Source of the DNA: Pristiophorus japonicus
Lineage: Eukaryota
Direction: 5' to 3'
DNA length: 64,000 nucleotides
Assembly: GCF_044704955.1 (NCBI RefSeq)
Contig: NC_091995.1
Span: forward strand, 13,516,001 to 13,580,000
Shown one piece after another: positions 35,511 through 47,137 of this stretch; position 1 is the first letter of the stretch; every line of letters begins with the position of its first letter. Below the pieces are notes generated by a model. It saw nothing but the letters and a program-made list of their open reading frames with translations, did no database searches and had not been told where the DNA came from. The position numbers and the translations under genes are program-made.

Positions 35511-35663
35511 AGAGCTCAGCGTCTCAGAATCACAATCCACTTGGAGAAGGCACCACTTGACAGCGGGTTGATTGCAGGCAGAGGACGCAACAGCAGCCAG
35601 CAGCCAGCAGCCAGCAGCAAGCAGACAAGGCTGAATCCAGGTGACCCTAACCGAGAGAGAAAG

Positions 35664-37589
35664 ATGCCTGCAACCAAGGGAACAGCCATTGGCATCGACC
35701 TGGGCACCACCTATTCCTGCGTGGGGGTCTTCCAGCACGGCAAAGTCGAGATTATTGCCAACGACCAGGGCAACCGCACCACCCCCAGTTACGTGGCCTT
35801 CAATGACACCGAGAGGCTCATCGGGGACGCTGCCAAGAACCAGGTGGCTCTCAACCCACCCAACACCGTCTTTGATGCCAAGAGGCTCATCGGGAGGAAG
35901 TTTGACGACCCAGTGGTCCAGTCCGACATGAAGCACTGGCCCTTCCAGGTGGTGAGCGATGTGGGAAAGCCCAAGGTGAAGGTTGAGTACAAGGGTGAGG
36001 ATAAAACCTTTTACCCCGAGGAAATCTCTTCCATGGTGCTGACCAAGATGAAGGAAACAGCTGAGGCTTACCTGGGCCACACTGTCACCAATGCTGTTGT
36101 CACCGTGCCTGCTTACTTCAATGATTCCCAACGCCAGGCAACCAAAGATGCTGGTGTGATCGCTGGTCTGAATGTCCTGCGGGTCATCAATGAGCCGACG
36201 GCAGCTGCCATTGCCTACGGCCTAGACAAGAGGGGCACAGGCGAGCACAATGTTCTAATCTTTGATTTGGGTGGTGGTACTTTTGACGTCTCTATTCTCA
36301 CCATTGATGATGGTATCTTTGAAGTGAAATCAACGGCTGGTGACACCCACTTGGGAGGAGAGGACTTTGATAATCGCATGGTCAATCACTTCATTGAGGA
36401 GTTCAAGCGTAAATACAAGAAGAATATCAGTCAGAACAAGAGGGCGGTCAGGAGGCTGAGGACAGCCTGTGAGAGAGCAAAGAGAACCCTGTCTTCCAGC
36501 ACCCAAGCCAGCATCGAGATTGACTCTCTGTTTGAAGGCATAGACTTCTACACCTCCATCACCAGGGCTCGGTTTGAGGAGCTGAATTCTGACCTGTTCA
36601 GAGGCACTCTGGAGCCAGTGGAGAAAGCTCTGAGAGATGCCAAGTTGGGCAAATTGCAGATCCATGACATTGTCTTGGTCGGGGGCTCCACCCGTATCCC
36701 CAAGATCCAGAAACTGCTACAAGATTTCTTCAATGGCAGGGAGCTGAACAAAAGCATCAACCCTGATGAGGCTGTGGCCTATGGGGCAGCTGTACAAGCG
36801 GCTATTCTGATGGGGGACAAGTCTGAGAATGTTCAGGATATGCTTCTCCTGGATGTCGCTGCTCTGTCTCTGGGTCTCGAGACAGCAGGAGGGGTCATGA
36901 CCACACTCATCAAGCGGAACACCACCATTCCCAACAAGCAGACCCAGCTCTTCAGCACCTACTCTGACAACCAGCCCGGTGTCCTTATTCAGGTCTATGA
37001 AGGGGAGAGAGCCATGACCAAGGACAACAACATTCTGGGCAAATTCGAGTTGAGTGGCCTCCCTCCTGCCCCACGTGGTGTGCCACAGATTGAGGTCACC
37101 TTCGATATTGATGCCAATGGCATCTTGAACGTGTCTGCTGTGGACAAGAGCACAGGCAAAACCAACAAGATCACCATCACCAATGACAAGGGCCGGCTGA
37201 GTCAGGAGGAAATTGAGAGAATGCTGCAGGATGCAGAAAAGTACAAAACTGAGGATGAAGGCCAGCGGCAGAAGATCGCAGCTAAGAACTCCCTGGAGTC
37301 GTACGCCTTCAACATGAAGAGCGCGGTGGAGGATGAGAACGTGAGCAGTAAGATCAGTGAGGAAGACCAGAAGAAGATCATTGACCAGTGCAACCAGGCA
37401 ATATTGTGGCTGGAGAAGAATCAGACGGCAGAGAAAGAGGAGTTTGAGCACAAGCAGAAAGAGTTGGAAAAACTCTGCCAGCCCATCATCGCCAACCTGT
37501 ACCAAGGAGGGGCAGCAGGGGCATCTTGCAGAGCCCAGGCTGGACAAGGCACTTCCTCCACTGGACCAACCGTGGAGGAGGTGGATTAA
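35664..37589 (+). CDS. hsp70: Heat shock 70 kDa protein, copy 1 (cytosolic, intronless, 641 aa)
   Basis: Signatures [36 protein letters not shown]; C-terminal GPTVEEVD; ATG in aagATG context downstream of TATA (the ORF-track start at 35541 is a TTG in the 5'UTR). Confidence 0.97.
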   Translation: MPATKGTAIGIDLGTTYSCVGVFQHGKVEIIANDQGNRTTPSYVAFNDTERLIGDAAKNQVALNPPNTVFDAKRLIGRKFDDPVVQSDMKHWPFQVVSDVGKPKVKVEYKGEDKTFYPEEISSMVLTKMKETAEAYLGHTVTNAVVTVPAYFNDSQRQATKDAGVIAGLNVLRVINEPTAAAIAYGLDKRGTGEHNVLIFDLGGGTFDVSILTIDDGIFEVKSTAGDTHLGGEDFDNRMVNHFIEEFKRKYKKNISQNKRAVRRLRTACERAKRTLSSSTQASIEIDSLFEGIDFYTSITRARFEELNSDLFRGTLEPVEKALRDAKLGKLQIHDIVLVGGSTRIPKIQKLLQDFFNGRELNKSINPDEAVAYGAAVQAAILMGDKSENVQDMLLLDVAALSLGLETAGGVMTTLIKRNTTIPNKQTQLFSTYSDNQPGVLIQVYEGERAMTKDNNILGKFELSGLPPAPRGVPQIEVTFDIDANGILNVSAVDKSTGKTNKITITNDKGRLSQEEIERMLQDAEKYKTEDEGQRQKIAAKNSLESYAFNMKSAVEDENVSSKISEEDQKKIIDQCNQAILWLEKNQTAEKEEFEHKQKELEKLCQPIIANLYQGGAAGASCRAQAGQGTSSTGPTVEEVD

Positions 37590-37922
37590 TAGACTGTGAA
37601 GAACTTGGGTTTAATGCACTGTGTTGGTGAACATTGTTCAATTGTATCTATACATAGTCTATAAATGGCTACCTCCTCATTCTTATGATTCTTTCATGAT
37701 CAGTAGATCAAGTGGGATTGTTGTACTTTGACCTCTTAACTCATCTTTGCCGCTTAAATTGGGGTGAAAAGTGAATATTTTGTTATACAATGCAGATGTA
37801 CTCTAGTTTCTATGTTACTATACCAGCTATCACGTGAGCTTTTGAACTGTATTCTGTTTTTTTTTAAAGATGTATGCTGCAATATATAATTGTTCTCAGG
37901 TGGATTCTGAAATTATGTTTTT

Positions 37923-37928
37923 AATAAA
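37923..37928 (+). terminator. Poly(A) signal of HSP70-1
   Basis: AATAAA followed by a GT/T-rich tract; conserved in the duplicate at 47132. Confidence 0.7.
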
Positions 37929-38344
37929 TTTGTTAAATCAGTTTCCTTGTTTAGTTAATTTTGCAGGAACGAAGTGTGACAGTGGTTTAGTTACAATGAG
38001 TAACATCTCAGCAAGTCATCATATTGCAGTTTCCAATTCATTTTCATTGTCATGTGACAAACCAGTTCCCTGAATTATTGTCACACATCCCAATAATAAT
38101 ATTAAACCATTTGACTTGTTTTAATATATGTTTCATAGTTTGAGGAATTATTAAATCACAGCCAATGAATTACTTTTGTGGTATATTCATTAATGTTGTA
38201 TGGACAAATACACCGTCCAATTTAACAAACAGCAATTTCTTGAGTAACCTGCTAATCCCTCCTCTTCTCACAGCACCTTCCCCCTGCAAGCTTAGCAGAT
38301 GCAACATCTGGCCTTTTACATCCCCCCCCCCCCCCTTTCCATTA

Positions 38345-38615
38345 TCAGGGCCCAAATACTCCTTCCAGGTGAAAGTGATTTACTTGTACTTCTTGCAATT
38401 TAGTATACCGTATTCGCTGCGCACGATGTGGTCTCTACATTGGGGTGACCAAACGCAGATTGGGTGACCGGTGACCGCTTTGTGGAACACCTCCATTCAG
38501 TCGATATGCGTGACCCCGAGTTTCCAGTTGCCTGTCACTTTAATTCTCTGCTCCACTCCCACTCTGGCCTCTCTGTCCTTGGCCTATTACGCTGTTCCAG
38601 TGAAGCTCAACGTAA
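38345..38615 (+). mobile_element. Penelope-like element fragment (GIY-YIG region)
   Basis: Degenerate VY.IRC.RCG.YIG.TKRRLGDRF.EHL coding (tattcgctgcgcacgatgtggtctctacattggg...aaacgcagattgggtgaccg). Confidence 0.7.
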
Positions 38616-38689
38616 CCTCATTGAAACCTAGAGCTAAGTGTGCACATATTGTTGAAGGTGGAAGGGCAGGCTGAGACAGCACTTAAATA

Positions 38690-39590
38690 AGCTTATGGGA
38701 TTCTGGGCTTTATGAATAGGAGTACAAAAGCTTTGATATGATGAACCTGTATAAAATGCTGTTTTGACCTCACCTAGGGTATTATGTCCAATTTTGGGTG
38801 CCACACTTTAGGAAGGATGTGAAGCTCCTAGAAAGGGTGCAGAAAAGACTTACTTGAATGGTTCCAGTGATGAGGGACTTGAATTATGTTGATAGACTGG
38901 AGAAGCTGGAGTTGTTCTCAGAGCAGCGAAGATTGAGAGGTGATTTGATAGATGTGTTCAAAATCATCAGGGGTCTGGACACAGTAGATAAAGAGAAACT
39001 GTTCTGAATGGCAGAAAGGTCGAGAACCAGAGGGGACAGATTTAAGGTGGTTGGCAAAAGAACCAAAGGTGATGTAAGAGAAAAAACGGTTTTAAGCAGC
39101 GAGTGATTAGGATCTGGAATGCACTGCCTAAAAAGGTGGTGGAGGCTCACTCAATCATGGTTTTCAAAAGGGAGTTGGATAAGTTCCTCAAAGAAAATAA
39201 TTTGCCAGGCTGTGGGGAAAGGTCAGGGGAATGGAACTAGGTGAGGTGCTCTTACAGAGAGCTGGCAGAGGCTGGATGGGCCGAATGGACTTCTTCAGTG
39301 CTATGACCATTCTATGATTCTATTTTAGATTCTGAGAGGGATTGATAGGGTAGATAGAGAGGTTGTTTCGCTGGGCTGGAGAGAATACTCTCAATCGAAG
39401 GTCGGCCATTTAAGACGGGGATGAGGAGGAATTTCTTCACTCAGCCGGTTGTGAATCTTTGGAATTCTCTACTCCAAAGGGCTTTCAGTGCCGAGGTGTT
39501 GAGGTTGCAGATCAGCCTTGATATTAAATGGCAGAGCAGGCTTGTCGGGCCTTATGGCCTACTGCTGCTCATAATTCATATGATATTCTG
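38690..39590 (+). mobile_element. Two adjacent CR1 3' fragments
   Basis: Degenerate RPHL..CVQFW region, tail ttctatgattcta at about 39320, second tail at about 39580. Confidence 0.75.
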
Positions 39591-40532
39591 TTCTTAACAT
39601 AGATACATGTCCCAGAGTGCTTCACAGAAAGCGAAACCAAATAAAAGTCAAGGAAGGAGGCATCAGGAGGGGTGGACAAAAGCTTGCTCAAAGCAGTGAG
39701 TTTTAAGAAGGGTCTCAAAGAAAGAAAATGTTAATGAGGGAATTCCAGAGTGGGGCTTAGTCTTTTGAAGGCACGACCAGTGTCTATGGGGTGAAGGGAG
39801 ATATGGGGATGGGTGATAGATATCGACAAGCAGCCAAAGTGACAGAAACGGTGTGTGAGTGTTGGTGTAGTGGTGGACTTAGTGTGGTGGTGGGATTGTA
39901 GAACTGGAAGAAAAGATAAGGAAGGGCAAGGTAATCAAAGTACTTAAATGTGAGGATTTATACATGTGGTATTGAGGTATTAGAGCCAATGTGGGTCAGC
40001 GAGAATGGGTGTTGGGCAAATGGAATGGTGCTGGATAGGATACAGGCAGCAGAGTTTTGGATGAGCTGAAGTTCACGAAGAGTGGCAGGTGGGAGGACAG
40101 TTGGCGAGATTAGGGTTGGTGAGGTTAGAGAAACATTGTAAATACTGGAAATCAAATAGAAACACAAAATGCTGGAAATGCACAGTCAGTGTTTGAGAGA
40201 GGTTAATATTCCAAGTGGGAATCTTCAACTGAACTGCCCAGCAGGGGAGGGGAAGGTGGGGGCGGATCTATATCTGAAACACTTACCTGGCCATTTCTCT
40301 TTACCGATGTTGAAAGGTCTACTGCACACCTTCAGCATGTTTTGCCACCTTTATGATAACTTAGCGTTGCACCAGTAAATACATTACAAAATGTTATTGA
40401 AATAACAACCAGAATAATTTCAGTGGCTGAGTTACAAGACAACAAGTTTAATTTTCAAATTTGATAGTTAAGTTTGTCACATTTTGCCAGACCCAAAATA
40501 AAGAGTGCAGGAATTGGGGCAGTTTTATTCTG

Positions 40533-40663
40533 TTTCCAAAAGCTTCTCCCCTGGACTCCTGCTGACTTGCCGCGCTCTGATTGACTGCCGCCTCAGGCTC
40601 TCCTCCAACCAGCGGTGGTGAGCTCACCGAGCCGCGCCCTGACTGGTCCGCGCCGCTGCCAAT
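40533..40663 (+). pseudogene. Orphan degenerate copy of the HSP70-1/2 promoter with no TATA or CDS
   Basis: tttccaaaagcttctcccc...ccgcgctctgattgactgccgcctc...ggtgagctcaccgagccgcgccctgactggtccgc aligns by eye to 35295-35460 and 44513-44680. Confidence 0.85.
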
Positions 40664-43529
40664 TAATTATTTTTTTTTACAGAACTTCAAACTAAACTTC
40701 AGTTACCGAACAATTACACAAGAAAGATATTGCTTGGCATAAGTTACATGTTTAGATAAAGAAAAGTCAAGTCTCTCTTGTAACGTACAAAAGATATACA
40801 GCACAGATTCAGACCATTCGGCCCAACGTGTCCATGGTGATGCTTATGCCCCACTCGAGCCTCCTCCCCTCCCCTCTTTCGTCATCTATCAGCATAACCC
40901 TCTGTTCCCTTCTCCCTCATATGCTTATCTAGCTTCCCTTTAAATGTATCTATACTATTGGACACAACTGCTGCCTATGGTAGTGAGTTCTACACTCTAG
41001 GTAAATAGTTTTTTCTGAGTTCCCTACAGTCTCTGCCATACCGAGATTATTGTTTTCTACCCCAAAGACATGGTATGCTGAATGGATCTCCCTCCAGTCA
41101 ATGCATTTACACAAGTGGAAGTGTGCCCTGCTGTCCGTATCCTAACTTACATCAAGTCCCATTCACCCATCACCCCTGTACTTGCTCCTCCATTGGCATC
41201 CGTGCCTTCAGCTGTCTGGGCTCCAAGCTCTGGAATTCCCTCCTTAAACCTCTCCGCCTCTCCTCTTTCTCATCCTTTAGACATTCCTTCAAACCTACCG
41301 CTTTGACCAAGCGTTTGGTCACCTGTCCTAATATATTTATGTGGCTCTATCAAATGTTGTCCCTTAACGCTACTATGAAGTGCCTTGGGACGTTTTACTA
41401 CGTTAAAGGTGTTATATAAATAAACGTTGTTGCCCTGGTCTATGCAATATATATGCAAGCATATCCTTGGCACATTATCATATGCTGTCTGCTGCTCAGA
41501 GGTTTAAAGCAAATCTATCCAGAACAACAGAAATCAACCTTATCAGATGGGAAATATTTTTTCCAATGTATCTGAGCTCCACAACAATCTCTAGGTACAT
41601 TGCTGTTACTCAGCCAGAAGCATAGCTTGTCTTGTGAGCCTTCTCAGCCTCCTATTAAAACAGCCCCTGCTCTGATTCTGCTATAGGTAGGTTAAACGGC
41701 CACTCTCAAGTTCCCTGCTCTCAGCAGGCGGCACTGTTTCACATTGCAAATGTTCACCAACAATTGCTCTCAATGTCAGCAAGCAATAAGCCAATTTTAC
41801 ACAGCTCAATAGATCCTTCTACTTCAAGCATATCAAGACTCGAGATTTCTGCAGCCAGACTCTAGGCCCTTAGCCATGGAATTCCCTCCCTAAACCTCCC
41901 TCCCTCTCCACCTCTCTCTCTTCCTATATGACACTACTTAAAACCTACCTCGAACAAGATGCTCATTGGTATAGCAGGTGTTTGCAAGCCCATCATTCGC
42001 ACAGTGGCAGCCTCTAACTCAAGAAGATCATGGGTTCTGGCCCCACTCCAGATTCTTGAGCCCATAATGTAGGCTGACACTCTCAGCAGTATTGAGGGAG
42101 TAGGGTCTTTTGGATAAGATGTGAAAACAAGGCTCGGTCTGCCCTCTCAGCTGGATGTAAAAGATCCCATGGTACTATTCGAAGGAGGACATGCGAGTTC
42201 TCCCCGGTGTAGTTACCAACATTTATCCCACAACCAACATTACTACCAAAACAGATGACCTGCTCATTTATCTCAATGCAGTTAGTGGACTCTCACTGCC
42301 TGCAAATTGTTTGCTGAATTTTCAAACATTACAACAATGGCTACACTTCGATGATGTAAGATATTGCTGTTCATGTCCTTAGTTTGTCCCAAAGCTTTCT
42401 GCCTGATGTCCTTGCCAATATTTATCCCTCAAACAATATCAGTAATAACAAATGATGGGATTATTATCACATTACTGTGTGTGAGATCTTGCTGCGTGAA
42501 AATTGGCTGCCGTGTTTCCTACAATATAACAGTAACTACATTTCAGAAGTACTTAATGAACTGTAAAACGCTTTGGAACATCCTATATAAATGTTTTTTT
42601 TTCTTCATCTACCGGAGATCTACATTTAACTAGTCAAACCCCCTTGATTCTCCAGTAAACTTTGACAATACGCTTTGCTTGGAGCTGAGAGCAGTCCGAC
42701 TGTTTCTGAGTGCTACAGTTTGGAAATCTGGCAATGATTCCCACCCAAAGTAAACTGGAGTCGATTCATATGTGAGGGGGGAAATACAGGGATCCTATTC
42801 CTGATCCCTATCCAGCGAATCGTACTGGGAAGTGTATGTGGGTGAGATGAGGGCACAGCTGTGATGGTCAACTAGCCTGCTCTCACTACAATGACCCACA
42901 AAGAATGGTCTCTGGCATGAGATACGTGAAATGGATTGAGGGAGTGCTGCCCTTTCGGATGAGATGTTGAACTGAGGCCACGTCTGCTCTCTCAGGTGAA
43001 CGTAAAAGATCCCCTGGTGTTATTTCAAAGAAGAATAGGGGAGTTCTCCCCAGTCTCCTGGCCAGTATTTATCCCTCAACCAACATCATTGACACAGATT
43101 ATCGGATCATTTGACACTGAGCCACATAAGGAGATATGAGGACATGTGACCTAAAGCTTGGGCAAAGCGGTCGGTTTTAATAAGTGTCTTAAAGGAGGAA
43201 AGAGACAGCGAGGCAGAGAGGTTTTAGGAGCTGAGAGCCTAGACAGCTGAAGACACGACCACCAGTGGTGGAGTGAAGAAAATTGGAAATGCACAAATGG
43301 TTGGAACTGGAGGATCACAGAGATCTCGGAGGATTGTATGGCTGGAGGAGGTTATAGAGGTAGGAAGGGGTAAAGCCGTGGTTGGATTTAAATATGAGGA
43401 TGAGATATTAAAATTGAGGCGTTGCCGGACTGGCAGTCAAAATAGGTCAGCGAGCACAGGGGCGATGGGTGAACGGGAGTCAGTGTGGGTCAGGATCAAC
43501 ACAAGTTCTTTCGTTTATCTTCCCCGGAG

Positions 43530-43790
43530 ATATCATCATCATCATAGGCAGTCCCTCGAACGAGGATGACTTGCTTCCACTTGAGTTCACAGATGTTTCA
43601 ATTGAGGGGGTGGAAGATGCCTTTGAGGAGATTTTTTTTAACCTGTTGTGACCATTGCACATCAGCCACCACACGGGCTTGACAGAGATCGGCCTTTGTC
43701 CAGCGGCAAGGGTTAACCAGGACGACTGGAGACCTGCTGTGCTACACGGGCCTAATGCACACATATCGCAGTGTGGGCAGACCACATATC
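43530..43790 (-). mobile_element. RTE-tailed element, copy D (5'-truncated)
   Basis: atcatcatcatcataggcagtccctcgaacgaggatgacttgcttccac. Confidence 0.78.
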
Positions 43791-44021
43791 AGGGGTTCTC
43801 TATCAAACCTCCCCAACTCACCCAAACAGTCGCTGCCACTCAAAGTGATGCAGTGCACGTAAAGTGGGAGACGGCAAGCTGAGGCTGCTCTCAAGAACCA
43901 AGCCTCACTCTGTCCGGCATTGATTACTGCAATCTCGCACACTTTACGGGTTTGCAGCGCAATGGTGCACCTGGCGGGATCAGACAGCCATCGCTGCAGT
44001 GACGGGATCTGGGTTGGCGTG

Positions 44022-44392
44022 TAGGGTTGCCAACTCTGGTTGGACGTATTCCTGGAGGTTTCATTACATGGAGTCCTGCCTCCCATCACCCCCGTGCTCC
44101 CGCTAGTCGCCCAACCCGTCCATCCTCGCGACGTATCGTCATCCCACGGGCAACTGGCAAGTGAAGAAATTCTTCATGGCCTTACGGGATGACTCCTGGC
44201 TCTCAGTCCAACAGCTTATCTTTCCCAACTCCAAATGTTTTTTATAACGAAAGTGTTCAAAGAAAATGAAAGAAAAAAAGGCATTATTTTTCCACTGCCC
44301 CTCTGGTTTTTATCCCGGGTGTTGCTGGCAGAAGTGACATTAATCTTCAATTCCGGGAGATTCCCGGGCAATCCTGGAGGGTTGGCAACCTT
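44022..44392. mobile_element. hAT (Tip100-like) MITE directly upstream of the HSP70-2 promoter
   Basis: TAGGGTTGCCAAC...GTTGGCAACC termini; no clear TSD. Confidence 0.6.
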
Positions 44393-44499
44393 CTCCTTTT
44401 CGCTCCGGTCCTGTTTCCCGCAGTCTCCAGGCCCCAGGTGATCAAAGCCCAGTCCATTCCCCGTCCTCTCCCCTCCTCCCTTTCCCCGGATCCCGGGAC

Positions 44500-44725
44500 A
44501 ACTTTCTGTCTCTTTCCAGAAACTTCTCCGCCGGACCCGCAGCTTCCAGAAGCCTCTCGGACTCTCGGCCGTCTCGCCGACTCACCGCGCTCTGATTGGC
44601 CGCCGCCTCGGAACCGCCCCCAACCGGCGGCGGTGAGCTCGCCGAACCGCACCCTGATTGGTCCGTATCGCCGTCAATCAGCCAGCCAGCACCGCCCACC
44701 CCGCGGAGCTGAGACTATATAAAGG
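44500..44725 (+). promoter_or_regulatory. HSP70-2 promoter: HSEs, two inverted CCAAT boxes, TATA
   Basis: HSE tTTCcaGAAacTTCt 44513-44527; cTTCcaGAAgcCTC from 44543; CTGATTGG twice; TATATAAA 44716-44723. Confidence 0.9.
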
Positions 44726-44864
44726 GGCGGAGCTGAGAGTCTCAGAGTCACAATTACTTGGAGACGGCACCAGTTGGCAGCGGGTTATTGCAGGCGTAGG
44801 ACTCGAAAGTAGCAGAAGTAGACAAGGCTGAATCTAGGTGACGCTTACAGACAGAGAGAGAAAG

Positions 44865-46790
44865 ATGCCTGCAGCCAAGGGAACAGCCATTGGCATCGAC
44901 CTGGGCACCACCTACTCCTGCGTGGGGGTCTTCCAGCACGGCAAGGTCGAGATCATCGCCAACGACCAGGGCAACCGCACCACCCCCAGCTACGTGGCCT
45001 TCAATGACACTGAGCGGCTCATCGGGGACGCCGCCAAGAACCAGGTGGCTCTCAACCCACCTAACACTGTCTTTGATGCCAAGAGGCTCATCGGGAGGAA
45101 GTTTGATGACCCAGTGGTACAGTCCGACATGAAGCACTGGCCCTTCGAGGTGGTGAGCGATGCGGGAAAGCCCAAGGTGAAGGTTGAGTACAAGGGTGAG
45201 GATAAAACCTTTTACCCCGAGGAAATCTCTTCCATGGTGCTGACCAAGATGAAGGAAACAGCTGAGGCTTACCTGGGCCACACTGTCATCAATGCTGTTG
45301 TCACCGTGCCTGCTTACTTCAATGATTCCCAACGCCAGGCAACCAAAGACGCTGGTGTGATCGCTGGTCTGAATGTCCTGCGGGTCATCAATGAGCCGAC
45401 GGCAGCTGCCATTGCCTACGGCCTAGACAAGAGGGGCACAGGCGAGCACAATGTTCTCATCTTTGACTTGGGTGGTGGTACCTTCGATGTCTCTATTCTC
45501 ACCATTGATGATGGTATCTTTGAAGTGAAATCGACGGCTGGTGACACCCACTTGGGAGGAGAGGACTTTGATAATCGCATGGTCAATCACTTCATTGAGG
45601 AGTTCAAGCGTAAATACAAGAAGAATATCAGTCAGAACAAGAGGGCGGTCAGGAGGCTGAGGACAGCCTGTGAGAGAGCAAAGAGAACCCTGTCTTCCAG
45701 CACCCAAGCCAGCATCGAGATTGACTCTCTGTTTGAAGGCATAGACTTCTACACCTCCATCACCAGGGCTCGGTTTGAGGAGCTGAATTCTGACCTGTTC
45801 AGAGGCACACTGGAGCCAGTGGAGAAAGCTCTGAGAGACGCCAAGTTGGACAAATTGCAGATCCATGATATTGTTTTGGTCGGGGGCTCCACCCGTATCC
45901 CCAAGATCCAGAAACTGCTACAAGATTTCTTCAATGACAGGGAGTTGAACAAAAGCATCAACCCTGACGAGGCTGTGGCCTATGGGGCAGCTGTACAAGC
46001 TGCTATTCTGATGGGGGACAAGTCTGAGAATGTTCAGGATATGCTTCTCCTGGATGTCGCTGCTCTGTCTCTGGGTCTCGAGACAGCAGGAGGGGTCATG
46101 ACCACACTCATCAAGCGGAACACCACCATTCCCAGCAAACAGACCCAGATCTTCAGCACCTACTCTGACAACCAGCCCGGTGTCCTTATTCAGGTCTATG
46201 AAGGGGAGAGAGCCATGACCAAGGACAACAACCTTCTAGGCAAATTCGAGTTGAGTGGCCTCCCTCCTGCCCCTCGTGGTGTGCCACAGATTGAGGTCAC
46301 CTTCGATATTGATGCCAATGGCATCCTGAATGTTTCTGCTGCTGACAAGAGCACCGGCAAAACCAACAAGATCACCATCACCAATGACAAGGGCCGGCTG
46401 AGTCAGGAGGAAATTGAGAGAATGCTGCAGGATGCAGAAAAGTACAAAACTGAGGATGAAGGCCAGCGGCAGAAAATCGCAACCAAGAACTCCCTGGAGT
46501 CATACGCCTTCAATATGAAGAGCGCGGTGGAGGATGAGAACGTGAGCAGTAAGATCAGTGAGGAAGACCAGAAGAAGATCATTGACCAGTGCAACCAGGC
46601 AATATTGTGGCTGGAGAAGAATCAGACGGCAGAGAAGGAGGAGTTTGAGCACAAGCAGAAAGAGTTGGAAAAACTCTGCCAACCCATCATCGCCAACCTG
46701 TACCAAGGAGGGGCAGCAGGGGCATCTTGCAGAGCCCAGGCTGGACAAGGCACTTCCTCCACTGGACCAACCGTGGAGGAGGTGGATTAA
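44865..46790 (+). CDS. hsp70: Heat shock 70 kDa protein, copy 2 (641 aa; recent duplicate of copy 1)
   Basis: Same signatures; C-terminal lid/tail reads identical to copy 1; ends GPTVEEVD. Confidence 0.97.
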   Translation: MPAAKGTAIGIDLGTTYSCVGVFQHGKVEIIANDQGNRTTPSYVAFNDTERLIGDAAKNQVALNPPNTVFDAKRLIGRKFDDPVVQSDMKHWPFEVVSDAGKPKVKVEYKGEDKTFYPEEISSMVLTKMKETAEAYLGHTVINAVVTVPAYFNDSQRQATKDAGVIAGLNVLRVINEPTAAAIAYGLDKRGTGEHNVLIFDLGGGTFDVSILTIDDGIFEVKSTAGDTHLGGEDFDNRMVNHFIEEFKRKYKKNISQNKRAVRRLRTACERAKRTLSSSTQASIEIDSLFEGIDFYTSITRARFEELNSDLFRGTLEPVEKALRDAKLDKLQIHDIVLVGGSTRIPKIQKLLQDFFNDRELNKSINPDEAVAYGAAVQAAILMGDKSENVQDMLLLDVAALSLGLETAGGVMTTLIKRNTTIPSKQTQIFSTYSDNQPGVLIQVYEGERAMTKDNNLLGKFELSGLPPAPRGVPQIEVTFDIDANGILNVSAADKSTGKTNKITITNDKGRLSQEEIERMLQDAEKYKTEDEGQRQKIATKNSLESYAFNMKSAVEDENVSSKISEEDQKKIIDQCNQAILWLEKNQTAEKEEFEHKQKELEKLCQPIIANLYQGGAAGASCRAQAGQGTSSTGPTVEEVD

Positions 46791-47131
46791 TAGACTGTGA
46801 AGAACTTGGGTTTAATGCACTGTTGGTGAACATTGTACAATTGTATCTATACATAGTCCATAAATGGGCACTTCCTGAGATTCTTATGATTCTTTCATGA
46901 TATGTAGAACAGGTGGGATTGTTGTACTTTGACCTCTTTGAACTAGTCTTTGCCGCTTAAATTGGGAAGGGGGAAGTGAATATCTTGTTAATATAATGCA
47001 GATTTCCTCCAGTTTCTATGTTACTATACCAGACACCAAGTGACCTGGTCATATTTTGCACTGCATTCTGTTTTTTTAAAGCTGTACGGTACAATATATA
47101 ATTGTTCTCAGGTGGATTCCGAAATTATGTT

Positions 47132-47137
47132 AATAAA
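47132..47137 (+). terminator. Poly(A) signal of HSP70-2
   Basis: AATAAA with downstream T-rich tract, homologous to 37923. Confidence 0.7.

Larger units (their letters stand above)
35195..40533 (+). repeat. Segmental duplication unit A (promoter + HSP70-1 + 3' flank)
   Basis: Homology to 44424-48590 starts at ctccaggccccag.tgatcaaagcccagtcc and ends at aagagtgcagg...attctgt; A carries about 1.3 kb extra repeat sequence (38260-39590). Confidence 0.85.

Noticed and set aside
35541-35663. 41-aa N-terminal extension of HSP70-1 in the ORF track
   Set aside because: Starts at TTG in the 5'UTR, includes a CAGCAGC 7-mer expansion, and is not conserved in copy 2
35460-37547. Long antisense ORFs over each HSP70 (also 44754-46748, 50575-52208, 59175-60826)
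   Set aside because: Well-known shadow of HSP70 codon usage; fragmented differently in each paralogue, with no independent promoter or start
40140-40345. Possible hammerhead ribozyme in the Penelope-like relic (also 48190-48395)
   Set aside because: The CUGAUGA core is not present; too degenerate
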